Positions 29,633-40,974 are shown, counted from the stretch's first letter. The stretch is DNA of 64,000 nucleotides from Candidatus Krumholzibacteriia bacterium (GCA_963836185.1 CAWIIQ010000004.1:1-64000); one strand, 5' to 3'. Notes: generated by a model from the sequence alone, not told the origin. Numbers and translations are program-made.

Positions 29633-31467
29633 CGTACGCAGCGAGAGGCTTCTCGAGAGAAGGCGTACAATTCTGCTCGTCATTCTCGCCGGCACGCTCA
29701 TCGTGCTGGCGATGAGGCTCTTCTACCTTCAGGTCTTCCGGAACGACCACTACAACAGGCTTGCCCTGTCGAACAGGATCCAGAAGGAAGATATCCCCGC
29801 CCCGAGGGGGTTGATAAGGTCATCGGACGGTTCGAAGCTCGTCGTCAACGTTCCCATCTACCAGATAAGCATTCTTCCGAACCGGATCCCTGGCCGGGAG
29901 GACCGGTTGAGCCTCGCCTGCAGGTGGCTCGGGATCGATGAAGCGGATCTGACCGCGTCCCTTGCGGAATGGATAGAAAAATACTCCGACGGCAGGGAGA
30001 TGACCGTCGTCCAGGCGGCAGGCAAGGAGCAGATCTCCGTGCTGACCGAGAACAGGGCCCTCTTCCCATTCTTCCGGCTCGAGATGAAGCACAGGAGGCA
30101 ATATCCAGAACAGCAGCTGGCGGCGCACCTTCTCGGCTATACCGGAGAGGTCTCCGATTCCGAGCTGAAGGAGTCGGACGATCTCAGGAGAAGCGACATA
30201 ATCGGCAGGACGGGCATCGAGTATATCTACGAGGAGTTTCTCAAGGGGAAGTACGGCGTGAGGATCATCGAGATCAGCGCCGAGGGGACAAAGATCGGGG
30301 AGTACGTCGGGCTCGTGGAAAACGAGCAGCTCGAGGGGCAGGTCGAATCGAGGGCGCCGGTACCCGGCCACGACGTATACCTGACGATAGACATCGATCT
30401 GCAGAGAGCTGTCGAGTCGGTGCTCGAATGGGAAAAGGGAGCGGTCGTCATCATGGACCCGCGCAACGGGGCCGTGCTTGCGGCGGTGAGCAGGCCCGTC
30501 TACGACCCGAACGAATTCATCGGCGGCATAAGCGAGGAAAACTGGCGTGAGCTCGACGGAAATCCCGACAAGCCGCTCTTCAACAGGACGATTCAGGCTA
30601 CCTATCCGCCCAGCTTCGACCTTCAAGCCGATAGTCGCGTATGCTGGGCTTAAGACCCGTGCCGTTACGAGGGAAGAGTGGATGACCCCATGCTATGGCG
30701 GCTACCAGTTCGGAAACAGGTACTTCCGCTGCTGGAAGCCGGAGGGCCACGGTTATTCGAATCTCACCGGGGCGATCGTCAACTCGTGCGATGTTTATTT
30801 CTACCAGCTTTCGGAAAGGCTCAAGGCCGATGATTTCGCCTATGCGGGCAGGCTCTTCGGTTTCGGCAGAAAGACCGGGATAGACCTGCCGAGCGAGGCG
30901 CGGGGTATCCTTCCCGACCAGGCATACTACAACAGGAAATTCGGCAAGGGGAAGTGGACGAGGGGCCATCTGCTCAACTACTCGATAGGGCAGGGAGACG
31001 CGCTTGCCACTCCATTGCAGCTCTGCCAGATGACCGCGATGATCGCCAACGGCGGGAAGCGGGTCAAGCCGCATCTCGTCGACAGGATCGAGGACTCGGA
31101 AGGCAGCGTGGTATTCAAGTTCGATGAGGCTCCCGAGAAGGTGCCGCAGATCGATATGTCGATACTGCGATTCATACAGAGATCGATGAGGCTGGTCGTC
31201 GCCGGTGAGACGGGGACCGGACGGGGCGCGGCGATACCGGGTGTCGCCATCTGCGGGAAGACCGGTACGGCCCAGAATCCGCACGGTAAGGATCACGCTC
31301 TTTTTGTCGCGTATGCGCCCGAGAAAGACCCCGAGATAGCGCTCGCGATAGTCCTCGAGCACGCCGGTCACGGCGGAGCTATGGCGGCGCCGCTGGCGAG
31401 GAAGATATTCTCGGCCTATTTCAATCCCGTGACGGTGATGGAGACATCCGTGGAGGAGGAGCCTTGA
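29619..31467 (+). CDS. mrdA: Penicillin-binding protein 2; apparent frameshift ~30612
   Basis: RLFYLQV, PAPRGLI, YPP/STFK catalytic motif split by the indel, SCDVYFY, KTGTAQ; ORFs 29571-30653 and 30547-31467. Confidence 0.93.
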
Positions 31468-32731
31468 GCGACAGGTCGCTTCAGAACCTCGACTGGCTCG
31501 TGTTCATGTCGGCCGTGCTGCTCATAGGAATCGGCCTTCTCAATCTCTACTCGGTCGGGCATGTCCCTTCCGAGCTGAGCGAGACATTCGAGGGCGGGAA
31601 CATGAGGTTCTTTCAGAGGCAGCTCATCTGGGGCGCTCTCGGTCTTGGCGTCATGGCCCTCGCCTATTTCATACCGTTCAGGTATTACGAGGGCGGCGCC
31701 GTAATATTCTATTTTATTGTCCTGATCATGCTCGTCGTTGTTTTTCTCATGGGTGCGGCCAAGGGGTCGAGCCGGTGGATCGTGCTGGGAGGTTTCCGTT
31801 TTCAGCCGAGTGAGGTGATGAAGGTCGCCCTTGTCTTCCTGCTCGCCCGGTTCCTTGCCGAGAAGAGACACGATCCGAACAGGCTGAGGATCTTCGTTGC
31901 CGCCGTGGTGATGGCCATCGTTCCGTTCCTGCTCGTCGTCAGGCAGCCCGACCTCGGCACGGCTCTGGTCTATCCGGCGCTGCTCATGACGATCCTCTAC
32001 TGGCGAGGCCTCGACGAGGGGAGGATGATACTGATCCTGAGCCCCGTAGTCAGCGCTTTCCTCACTGTCTACAGCCAGAGCGCCATGCGCAGCGGCAGGT
32101 ACCCTGTCCTCCTTCTCGCTTTCTTCGTGGGGATACTGATAATCGCATACAAGCGAAGGGAGAAGATATTCCAGAGCATACTCCTTGTCGCTGTGAACCT
32201 GTCGGTAATGCTCGTGATCCCGACTCTTATAGAGCGCCTGAAGCCATACCAGCAGAGAAGGATACTGGCTTTTCTCAGGCCGGAATCGGATATCCTCGGG
32301 TCGGGATGGCAGGTATACCAGTCGAAGGTGGCTGTCGGCTCGGGCGGTTTCCTCGGAAAGGGATTCCTGAGCGGGTCACAGAAACTTCTCGCCTTTCTGC
32401 CGGAGCGGCACAGTGATTTCGTCTACTCGGTCCTGTCGGAAGAGGCGGGATTTATCGGCGCGATAGCGTATTGCTTCTCTTTTCAATTATCATCGTACGG
32501 GGCCTCTATCTTGCCACAAAGGTAAAAAGCAGGTTCGCATCCCTCGCGATAATAGGGATCTGTTCATATTTTACCTTTCACGTCGCGGTCAATATCGGCA
32601 TGACGATCGGGCTCGCCCCCGTTACCGGGCTTCCTATTCCTTTTCTGAGCTACGGCGGCAGCTCGATGCTCGTCAGCTGTTTCATGATCGGAGTGCTTCT
32701 GAATTTCGGATCGAGTTTTTACGAGTATTGA
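31464..32731 (+). CDS. rodA: SEDS glycosyltransferase RodA; apparent frameshift ~32470
   Basis: RWIVLGGFRFQPSEVMK, QPDLGTA, LPERHSDF, PVTGLPIPFLSYGGSS. Confidence 0.93.
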
Positions 32732-32743
32732 GGAGGATCGAAC

Positions 32744-34070
32744 CTGAAGAATATCGTCGAGAAGGTCCTCGAACTCGCCTCGGGCAGGTCGGTCGAGTGT
32801 GAGATATACGGCGAAGAAACCGAGAGCTTCCAGGTGGAGGTATTCGGCGGTGAGATCGAGTCAGTCGACAGGTCGAAAGAGGCCGGCCTCGGGCTGAGGG
32901 TCGTCAGTGAAGGAAGGGTCGGGTTCGCATGGACATGCGACCTTACGGATGAAGGCCTGAGGGCCGTTATCGCCGAAGCAGAATCGAATGCTCTCTCCTG
33001 CGATGAGATCGATGCCGACGTACTGGCCGGCCCAGATGGTGAGGAGGATCCCGCGGAGAAGAGGCTGAATTCTCACGAGATGCCGGCGGAGAAGAAGATA
33101 GAAGGAGCCCTCGAGATGGAAGCCGCCGCGCTCTCTAGCGACAGGAGCGTCAGGAGCAGTGAAGGGGCGTCATATTCCGAGGCTGCGTATGAAGTATGCG
33201 TAGCGGGGACGAGAGGTTTTATCAGGACCAGGCGCGGCGGCTATTGCGCCTGCTCGATCGGGGCGGCGGCATCTTCGAACGGGGAGGTCCGGTCGGGATG
33301 GTCGTATGCCCAGGCGCTCATGCCGGAGATGCTCGATTTTCGAGGAACCGGTGCCGAGGCAGGCACCAGGGCGGCGGGGCTGCTGGGAGGGAAACCCCTT
33401 CCTACAGGAAGGTACTCTGTACTGTTCGATCCGTTCGCCTTCTCCGAGATAGTCTCCCTGCTAGGTGAGGTGCTTTCCGCAGAGATGGTGGTAAAGGGGT
33501 CCTCGGTCTTCAGGGGCAGGCTGGGAGAGAAGGTGGCGTCGGGACTTTTCAGCCTCGTCGATGACCCGTCTCTCTCAGGCGCTTGTTTCAACGCTTCGTT
33601 CGATGATGAAGGTGTGCCCACCGTCAAGAAGGGAACTCATATCGTCAGGCATGCTGGAGGGATTCCTGCACAACAGCTATTCGGTCAGCAAATCGGGGCA
33701 GGGGAAGGCGGGTAACGCTTTCCGCGGCTCGTTCAAAGGGGTTCCTGTTCCGGGGCCGACGAACCTTATGGTGATGCCGGGCCTGTCGGGCACAGAGGAA
33801 CTTGTCGAATCTTTCGGCAAAGGGATATATATTCAGGATGTGATGGGCATGCATACCGCCGACCCGATCTCCGGTGACTTTTCCGTCGGGATAACCGGAT
33901 TCGAGGTGCAGGGCGGAAGGAAGGAAAGGGCGGTCTGCGAGATGACGATAAGCGGAAACGTCCTGTCTCTTCTCGACGGGATCGCGGCTGTGGGCAGCGC
34001 GATGCGCTTCGCCGGCCAGGCAGGGTCGCCTCCGGTGCTGGTCGACGGGCTCAGTGTGAGCGGAAGATAG
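32744..34070 (+). CDS. pmbA: TldE/PmbA family protein; probable CTG start; apparent frameshift ~33627
   Basis: GLGLRVVSEGRVGFA, FDDEGVP, GNAFRGS, DPISGDFSVG, EMTISGNVL; no HExxH seen, so PmbA rather than TldD. Confidence 0.88.
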
Positions 34071-34079
34071 GAGAGGGCG

Positions 34080-34854
34080 ATGCATCCTGTTCTGATAGAC
34101 TTCGGGATACTTCAAGATATACTCGTACGGGTTCATGCTCGCGCTGAGTTTTCTGGTAGGCATATTCCTCGCTGTAAAGCGGGGCGGCAGGCGCGGAATA
34201 GACCCCGGGATAATCTACGATATGAGCATCATCCTCGTCCTCGGAGCAGTGATCGGTTCGAGGGGCCTCTATATACTGACGCACAGGGAAAATTTCAAGA
34301 ACGTCCTCGATATATTCGCGATATGGCAGGGGGGCGCGACATATTACGGCGGCCTCATCCTCGCAGTCGCCGGAGCAGTCGTATTCCTCAGGAAAAAGAA
34401 GATACCGTTTTTCCGGGTGGCCGACATCACCGCCCCCTCGATCGCGGCCGGTGTCTTCATCACGAGGATGGGATGTTTTCTCAGTGGATGCTGTTTCGGC
34501 AATCCGACTTCCTGCCCGACGGGTGTCGTCTTTCCCGCCGCATCACCGGCGGGGCACTATCATGCGGGCGTCGCGATACATCCGACACAGATATACTCGT
34601 CGCTGTACGGACTGGGCATATTCCTGATCCTTATCCTGCTCGACAGGAAGAAGCACTTCGACGGATTCCTCTTCTCGTGGCTCTGCATCCTGTACGGGAT
34701 AGCGAGGTTTATCGTCGATTTCTTCCGCTATTACGAGACCTCGGCCAGAGTCGCAGGTAACTTTACGGACAACCAGTTGATAAGCATCGCTCTGATACTG
34801 TTCGGGGCCGTGTATCTCATCGCGTGCCGGGCAAAAGAGGCGCGCCGGGTCTGA
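34080..34854 (+). CDS. lgt: Prolipoprotein diacylglyceryl transferase; apparent frameshift ~34115
   Basis: MHPVLIDFG then IYSYGFMLAL; IWQGGATYYGG, RMGCFLSGCCFG, HPTQIY, RFIVDFFR. Confidence 0.93.
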
Positions 34855-34890
34855 CCGCGGCGACCTTCCGGAGGGCCGGGAGGTGGAGGT

Positions 34891-35559
34891 GTGGTGGTGA
34901 AGGGGTTCTGCCTGTTTCTGCTGGACTGTATTTTCCCGCGCAGATGTGTTTCATGCGGCCGCTTCACCGGCGGCAGTATTTTCTGCGGCGAGTGCCGCCT
35001 GAGGCTGGTGCCTGCGGAATCGGGGGGTCGCCTGCCCGGTCCGGGATCCAGGCAGGTCCTTTCACCCTTCCTGACTTCCAGCGCGCTTCTTGATCTTGTC
35101 AGGTTCCTGAAGTTCGAAGGCGGGGCCGTGGCGGCGGGGTGGCTGGGACGAGAGATGTCAGCGGTCCTGCGGCCTTACGCCGTAAGATTCGATGACCCGG
35201 TGATCGTCCCGGTGCCGCTGCACTGGACAAGGCTGGTGCGCAGGGGGTATGACCAGGCCGGGCTGCTCGCCCGGGAGGTGTCGCGCGGCACGGGTATACC
35301 CCTTCGCCGCCGGGCGCTTGGAAGGAAGAAGAGGACGAAGGCGCAGTCGAGCCTCGGACAGGAGGAAAGGAAAGGCAACATCGCCGGCGCGTTTCGTCTC
35401 AGGGCCGCGGACTTTCTCCGGGGGAGGGATATCATCCTCGTCGACGACCTCGTGACCACCGGTGAGACAGCTTCCGCCTGCTGCCGGATCCTCGAAGGCG
35501 CCGGACCCTCCTCGATCACCATTCTATGCGCCGGCCGTAAAAGGACGGGAAAAATATAG
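34891..35559 (+). CDS. comF: ComF-family phosphoribosyltransferase-like protein with zinc ribbon
   Basis: FPRRCVSCG..CGEC, VPVPLHWTRLVRRGYDQA, ILVDDLVTTGET. Confidence 0.9.
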   Translation: MVVKGFCLFLLDCIFPRRCVSCGRFTGGSIFCGECRLRLVPAESGGRLPGPGSRQVLSPFLTSSALLDLVRFLKFEGGAVAAGWLGREMSAVLRPYAVRFDDPVIVPVPLHWTRLVRRGYDQAGLLAREVSRGTGIPLRRRALGRKKRTKAQSSLGQEERKGNIAGAFRLRAADFLRGRDIILVDDLVTTGETASACCRILEGAGPSSITILCAGRKRTGKI

Positions 35560-35650
35560 GTTGAACGCTCCGATTGCCATATGTTTGAATAAGTCGGAAT
35601 GACCGTTTCACGGTCGAGGCGACCGGTTTTCACGCGCACGGGAGGGCAAA

Positions 35651-36580
35651 TTGCTCGTTACAAACAAGATCCTGCTCGATAAGGCGAAGGCGGGATCGTA
35701 TGCCGTTGGAGCCTTCAATATCAATAACCTCGAATTTGTCCAGGCAATAACTTCGGCAGCCGCGGAACTGAACAGCCCCGCGATACTCGCGGTCTCACAG
35801 GGAGCGATCAAGTATGCCGGATTCGAGAATCTCGTTTCGATGGTCAGGACAATATCGGACAACATGAATATCGAGATATCCCTTCACCTCGATCACGGGC
35901 AGGATATGGCGATCATCGACCAATGTATAAAGGGGGGCTTCACCTCGGTAATGATCGACGGTTCGCACCTGCCGTTCGAGGAGAATATAGCGGTGACCCG
36001 TGAGGTAGTCGAAAAGGCGGGACCGGCAGGCGTATCTGTCGAGGGTGAGCTGGGCAGGCTCGCGGGGATAGAGGACAACGTATCTGTGGCGGAGCAGGAT
36101 GCGAGCTTCACCGACCCGGGAGAGGCGGCCGAGTTTGTCGAGAAGACGGGGGTCGATTCCCTGGCAGTAGCGGTAGGCACGTCGCACGGGGCCTACAAGT
36201 TCAAGGGTGAGGCAAAGCTCGCGATGGACAGGCTCAGCGAGATCGCTTCCGTAGTAACCGTTCCCCTCGTCCTGCACGGCGCCTCGGGCGTAAACCCGGA
36301 GCACGTGGCGATAGCGAACGAGTTCGGCGCGAAGATAGGCGCGGCGAAGGGTGTCCCCAACGATGCGATATCGGAGGCTGTCAGGAGAGGCGCGGCAAAG
36401 GTCAATATCGATACCGATATGAGGATCGCCTTCACCGCGTACATAAGAAAATCATTCGCGGAAAAGCCGGAAAACATAGATCCGCGCAAGTACCTCGGAG
36501 CGGCGAGAGACGCTGTGTTCGAGGTGGTCAAAACGAAGATGAATCTGTTCGGAAGCGTCGGCAGGGCGTTCGGAGACTGA
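35651..36580 (+). CDS. fba: Fructose-1,6-bisphosphate aldolase class II
   Basis: YAVGAFNINN, LHLDHG, SVMIDGS, GTSHGAYK, LVLHGASG, KVNIDTD. Confidence 0.97.
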   Translation: MLVTNKILLDKAKAGSYAVGAFNINNLEFVQAITSAAAELNSPAILAVSQGAIKYAGFENLVSMVRTISDNMNIEISLHLDHGQDMAIIDQCIKGGFTSVMIDGSHLPFEENIAVTREVVEKAGPAGVSVEGELGRLAGIEDNVSVAEQDASFTDPGEAAEFVEKTGVDSLAVAVGTSHGAYKFKGEAKLAMDRLSEIASVVTVPLVLHGASGVNPEHVAIANEFGAKIGAAKGVPNDAISEAVRRGAAKVNIDTDMRIAFTAYIRKSFAEKPENIDPRKYLGAARDAVFEVVKTKMNLFGSVGRAFGD

Positions 36581-36631
36581 CGCACGTTAACGGATAACCA
36601 AACCAGGAAACTGTCAATAAGGAGGAGAGAA

Positions 36632-37633
36632 ATGGCTATCAACGTAGCTATCAACGGATTCGGCAGGATAGGAAGGCTCGTGTTCCGCGGCGCTCACAAG
36701 GACCGCCGGTTTAACATCGTCGCGGTCAACGACCTGACAGATTCCAGGACGCTCGGCCATCTTCTGAAATACGACTCGGTCCACGGGCGCTATCCGGGGA
36801 AGGTCAATGTCCTCAAAAGCGGAGACCTCTCGGTCGACGGCAAGAGGGTCAAGGTGCTTACCGAGCGCGATCCGGCCGCTCTCCCCTGGGAAAAACTCGG
36901 AGTGGACGTGGTCATCGAATCGACCGGGTTCTTCCGCAAACGCAAGGATGCCGCGAAGCATATCGAGGCGGGTGCGAAGAAGGTCATCATATCCGCGCCT
37001 TCACCCGACCCGGACATCATGATCGTCATGGGCGTCAATCATACGAAGTATCGAAAGAGCAGGCATCACATCATCTCTACCGCCTCGTGCACGACGAATT
37101 GTCTCGCGCCGGTCGTAAAGGTGCTGGATGACAGGTTCGGTCTTGCCCATGGCCTGATGACGACGATTCATGCCGTCACGAACGACCAGGTCATTCTCGA
37201 CATGCCGCACAAGGACCTGCGGAGGGCGCGCGCCAGCAGCGTATCGATGATCCCGACGACAACCGGGGCGGCCGCGGCGGTCGGCAAGGTGCTGCCGAAG
37301 CTCAACGGCAAGCTCAACGGTATGGCGGTGCGCGTGCCTGTTCCTGACGGCTCGCTCGTCGATCTCACCGTCACACTGAAGAAAGCGACCACGGTAGAGA
37401 AGATCAATGCCGCGATGATGAAGGCCTCGGAAGGCAAGCTCAAAGGCATACTCGAATACACCGAGGACCCGATCGTATCGGTTGACGTCATAGGCAACCC
37501 GCACTCGTCGATATTCGACGGACTGGCGACTATGGGCATCACCGCGAAGGTCTTCAAGATCCTCTCGTGGTACGATAACGAGTACGGATACGCGATGCGC
37601 ATGGTCGACATGATGAAGATGCTGTTGAAGTAA
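36632..37633 (+). CDS. gap: Glyceraldehyde-3-phosphate dehydrogenase type I
   Basis: INGFGRIGR, ASCTTNCLAP, WYDNEYGY. Confidence 0.98.
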   Translation: MAINVAINGFGRIGRLVFRGAHKDRRFNIVAVNDLTDSRTLGHLLKYDSVHGRYPGKVNVLKSGDLSVDGKRVKVLTERDPAALPWEKLGVDVVIESTGFFRKRKDAAKHIEAGAKKVIISAPSPDPDIMIVMGVNHTKYRKSRHHIISTASCTTNCLAPVVKVLDDRFGLAHGLMTTIHAVTNDQVILDMPHKDLRRARASSVSMIPTTTGAAAAVGKVLPKLNGKLNGMAVRVPVPDGSLVDLTVTLKKATTVEKINAAMMKASEGKLKGILEYTEDPIVSVDVIGNPHSSIFDGLATMGITAKVFKILSWYDNEYGYAMRMVDMMKMLLK

Positions 37634-37659
37634 AGCGCAGGCAAGACTGGAGGAGACAG

Positions 37660-38859
37660 TTGAGAAAGAAGACCCTGAGGGACGTTGGACTCGAGGGGAA
37701 AAAGGTGCTGATGCGCGTCGATTTCAACACGCCGCTGACGAAAGACGGCGATGTCGATGACGATACCCGCATCAGGGCTGCTCTGCCGAGCATCAACTAC
37801 ATAGCTGAGCACGGGGCATCCCTTGTCCTGATGTCTCATCTCGGAAGGCCGAAGGGGAAACGAGTTCCGTCGATGAGCCTCAAGGTCGTGGCATACAGGC
37901 TGGCCGAACTCGTGCACCATCCGATCAGGTTCGCCGAGGACTGTACCGGCGACCAGGCCCTCGAGATGGCCTCGGCTCTTGCCCCCGGGGAGATACTCCT
38001 GCTCGAGAACCTCCGTTTCTACGATGAGGAGACCTCGAACGACCCTGAATTCGCCCGTAAGCTCTCGATGTTCGGCGACATCTATGTGAACGACGCGTTC
38101 GGGACCGCTCACAGAGCGCACGCGTCGACGGAGGGTGTTACGCACTATTTCGACGAGCGGGTGGCGGGGATGCTGATGGAGAAGGAGCTCGAGACCCTCG
38201 ATCGCATGCGGACCGATCCTGAAAGGCCGTTCGTTGCCGTACTCGGCGGAGCGAAGGTCTCGGGGAAGATCGGGCTTATCAGGAACCTGCTCGACAAGGT
38301 CGACCGGATCCTCGTCGGCGGCGGGATGGCGTTTACTTTTTTCAAGGCGCTTGGTCTCGAGATTGGCGACTCCCTTCTCGACGAATCGTATATGGGTATG
38401 TGCCGTGAGACGATGGAGAAAGCGGGGAGCGGCAGCGAGAAGAGGATCTTCCTTCCCGTCGACTGTATCGTGGCAAAAGAGATCGACAACGACGCCGAGC
38501 ACAAGACAGTTTCGACCGGTGATATCCCCGAAGGATGGGCCGGAGTCGACATAGGGAGGAAGACGATCGATGTCTTCCGCGATGAGATAATTAAGGCTAA
38601 AACGATCTTCTGGAACGGCCCTATGGGTATCTTCGAGATGCCAAATTATGCTGAGGGGACCAAAGGCATAGCGCGCGCGATCGTCGACGCTACCGCCGAT
38701 GGAGCCGTTTCGATCGTGGGCGGAGGCGACAGCGTCTCCGCGCTGGGGAGGCTGCATCTCAAGGACAGGGTGACGCATGTCTCGACAGGGGGAGGAGCGT
38801 CGCTTGAGCTCCTCGAGGGGAAGACCCTCCCGGGAGTAGAGGCCCTGAGCGACTTATGA
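37660..38859 (+). CDS. pgk: Phosphoglycerate kinase
   Basis: RVDFNTP, SHLGRPKG, LLENLRF, NDAFGTAHRAHAS, STGGGASLE. Confidence 0.98.
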   Translation: MRKKTLRDVGLEGKKVLMRVDFNTPLTKDGDVDDDTRIRAALPSINYIAEHGASLVLMSHLGRPKGKRVPSMSLKVVAYRLAELVHHPIRFAEDCTGDQALEMASALAPGEILLLENLRFYDEETSNDPEFARKLSMFGDIYVNDAFGTAHRAHASTEGVTHYFDERVAGMLMEKELETLDRMRTDPERPFVAVLGGAKVSGKIGLIRNLLDKVDRILVGGGMAFTFFKALGLEIGDSLLDESYMGMCRETMEKAGSGSEKRIFLPVDCIVAKEIDNDAEHKTVSTGDIPEGWAGVDIGRKTIDVFRDEIIKAKTIFWNGPMGIFEMPNYAEGTKGIARAIVDATADGAVSIVGGGDSVSALGRLHLKDRVTHVSTGGGASLELLEGKTLPGVEALSDL

Positions 38860-38881
38860 GCCGCGAGGCGGCCTGAAAGGG

Positions 38882-39646
38882 ATGATCGTTGTGAGAAGGA
38901 CTATCGTAGCGGGCAACTGGAAGATGAACATGGACCATATCGAGGGCGCCGCCCTCGCCGGAGATATCGTTGCCGGCCTCAAAGGCAGGGAACCATCGTG
39001 CGAGATAGTCATAATACCCCCTTTTACCACCCTTCCCGCCGTAATCAGCGCGATCGGGGGCAGCCCGGTGGCCGCCGGAGCGCAGGATCTCTGGTACGAG
39101 GAAAATGGAGCATTTACCGGTGAGATCTCGGCCGGGATGATCTCGAGCCTCGGATGCAGGTATGTCCTGGTAGGGCACTCGGAGCGGCGCCATGTGATCG
39201 GCGAAGGATCTGAGATCCTCTCCAGAAAGCTGCGTGCGGCACTCTCAGGCGGGCTTTCACCGATCTACTGTGTCGGGGAGACCCTCGGCGAGAGGGAGAG
39301 CGGCAGCGCTTCGGAGATCGTCACAGAGCAGATAGGAGAGGCCCTCACGGGCCTTTCCAGTGAAGATATGGCAAGGACCGTGGTCGCCTACGAGCCCGTC
39401 TGGGCCATCGGAACGGGAAAGACCGCGACCCCAGGCGACGCGGGATCGATGCACCAGGTCATCCGCGGCGTCCTCTCGGATATATTCGGAGCTCAGACCG
39501 CTGAAAAGACCCCGATCCTCTATGGCGGGAGCGTAAAGCCGGGCAATGCCGCCGAGTTGCTCGCGATGGAGGATATCGATGGAGCGCTCGTCGGAGGGGC
39601 CTCCCTGGACGCCGGGTCGTTCCTCGGTATCGTATTTCCTGCCTGA
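38882..39646 (+). CDS. tpiA: Triosephosphate isomerase
   Basis: AGNWKMN, GHSERR, AYEPVWAIGTG, LYGGSVK, LVGGASL. Confidence 0.98.
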   Translation: MIVVRRTIVAGNWKMNMDHIEGAALAGDIVAGLKGREPSCEIVIIPPFTTLPAVISAIGGSPVAAGAQDLWYEENGAFTGEISAGMISSLGCRYVLVGHSERRHVIGEGSEILSRKLRAALSGGLSPIYCVGETLGERESGSASEIVTEQIGEALTGLSSEDMARTVVAYEPVWAIGTGKTATPGDAGSMHQVIRGVLSDIFGAQTAEKTPILYGGSVKPGNAAELLAMEDIDGALVGGASLDAGSFLGIVFPA

Positions 39647-39684
39647 CAGGGGGCGGGAGAGACCCTGCCGGCGGCACAAATCAT

Positions 39685-39713
39685 TTGACTGACACCGACT
39701 TATTTATTACACT
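39685..39713 (+). promoter_or_regulatory. sigma70-type promoter for secG-tRNA-Leu
   Basis: TTGACT, 17 nt, TACACT. Confidence 0.6.
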
Positions 39714-39740
39714 ACTTTTTTAAAAAGGCTGGTGTATTCA

Positions 39741-40154
39741 ATGCTGTTTAACGTTTTTGTGATAATACACGTTGTTACCTGCGCGCTGCTGATCATCGCG
39801 GTGCTGATGCAGTCGAGCAAGGGCGGCGGGCTTTCCGGCGCCTTCGGCGGCGGAGGAGGCCAGGCCATTCTAGGCGGGCGTGAGACAGCGTCCTTCCTGA
39901 GCAAGGCAACGACGTATCTGGCTGTCATATTCATGTGCACCTCCCTGTCGCTCGCTTTCCTGTCCGCTGGAAGGGGAAGCCAGGAGTCGGAGAGCGCGCT
40001 CAGAAAAGCCGCTCAGCAGCAGCAGTGGGGCGGAATGGTTCCCGAGGAGCGCAAGGACATCGATGATGTCATCGGAAACGTTCCCGCGACGGACCAGCAG
40101 CAGGAGACGGTGCCGGAAGGAGAGCCTGCCGAGGAGCAGGATCCCCAGGAGTAG
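39741..40154 (+). CDS. secG: Preprotein translocase subunit SecG
   Basis: VLMQSSKGGGLSGAFGGG, FLSKATTYLA; tpiA-secG-tRNA-Leu synteny. Confidence 0.95.
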   Translation: MLFNVFVIIHVVTCALLIIAVLMQSSKGGGLSGAFGGGGGQAILGGRETASFLSKATTYLAVIFMCTSLSLAFLSAGRGSQESESALRKAAQQQQWGGMVPEERKDIDDVIGNVPATDQQQETVPEGEPAEEQDPQE

Positions 40155-40171
40155 AGAAATTCTGAAATATT

Positions 40172-40255
40172 GCCGAGGTGGTGGAACTGGTAGACACGCT
40201 ACTTTGAGGGGGTAGTGGGTGAAAACCTGTGCGGGTTCGAGTCCCGCCCTCGGCA
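40172..40255 (+). tRNA. tRNA-Leu(GAG); CCA not encoded
   Basis: Acceptor GCCGAGG/CCTCGGC+A, D loop GGAACTGGTAGAC, anticodon arm CTACT-TTGAGGG-GGTAG, long variable arm, T arm GCGGGTTCGAGTCCCGC. Confidence 0.96.
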
Positions 40256-40266
40256 TTTTAAAAAGC

Positions 40267-40293
40267 AGGAGGCCGCATGGGCCTCCTTTTTTT
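40267..40293 (+). terminator. Rho-independent terminator after tRNA-Leu
   Basis: AGGAGGCC-GCATG-GGCCTCCT plus T run. Confidence 0.9.
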
Positions 40294-40398
40294 CAGGGCA
40301 CAACGGGCGCCGGGAGTTAATAATCCTTTACACATTCAGGAGAGCTGTTTTACGCTCTCCATTCCTGAAACACAGTCGCGGAGGTGGATACCGGTATC

Positions 40399-40896
40399 AT
40401 GAACGCATTGATTGAGGCAAACACCAGCATACTCCTGCCGGCAGCCCTGGTCCTGGGCCTTGTCGTCGCCGCGGCAGTGATCGTCCTTGCCATCCAGATC
40501 CAGCGTATGAGGAAACCGTTCAGCGAGATGGCCGGACTGTACGATGATTTAGGCACCGAGAAATCGCTCGAGATCCTTCTCAAGGGAGTCGACGAGAACC
40601 GCGAATTCATCAGGGGACATGGAGAGGACCTGAAGCTGATCCTGGCGAAGCTCGACCGATGCTTCAAGGGGATAGGGATGGTCAAGTACAATGCCTTCGA
40701 GGATATCGGCGGCAATCAGAGCTACTCGATATGCATACTGACCCGAGAGAAGAACGGGTTCATGCTGACAAATCTTGTTGGAAGGAACTCGACGCGGGGT
40801 TATGCGATCGAGGTCAAGAACGGTGAAGCGGAGAGGGAGCTCGGCTCCGAAGAGACCGAGGCGCTTGCGTACTCTCTCAAGTCTCTCGAAGAATAG
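40399..40896 (+). CDS. DUF4446-family membrane-anchored protein
   Basis: N-terminal TM; GMVKYNAFEDIGGNQSYSICIL, NGFML..GRNSTRGYA; alternative GTG start 40384. Confidence 0.75.
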   Translation: MNALIEANTSILLPAALVLGLVVAAAVIVLAIQIQRMRKPFSEMAGLYDDLGTEKSLEILLKGVDENREFIRGHGEDLKLILAKLDRCFKGIGMVKYNAFEDIGGNQSYSICILTREKNGFMLTNLVGRNSTRGYAIEVKNGEAERELGSEETEALAYSLKSLEE

Positions 40897-40912
40897 ATAG
40901 ATAGATAGATAG
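40893..40912 (+). repeat. (ATAG)5 tetranucleotide repeat overlapping the stop codon
   Basis: ATAGATAGATAGATAGATAG read directly. Confidence 0.9.
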
Positions 40913-40974
40913 TGCCGGCATTACCTTTCGAATCCCCGGAGGAACCGAGGGATTCTCCAGGTAAAGCCGGCACT
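40911..40974. repeat. 64-nt imperfect inverted repeat between convergent genes (candidate structured RNA or terminator)
   Basis: AGTGCCGGC-A-TTACCT-TTC-GAATCCC...GGGATTC-TCC-AGGTAA-A-GCCGGCACT. Confidence 0.8.

Noticed and set aside
29619-34854. mrdA, rodA, pmbA and lgt as pseudogenes or programmed frameshifts
   Set aside because: Each has one indel with intact motifs on both sides and no slippery heptamer, and several are essential. Sequencing error is more likely.
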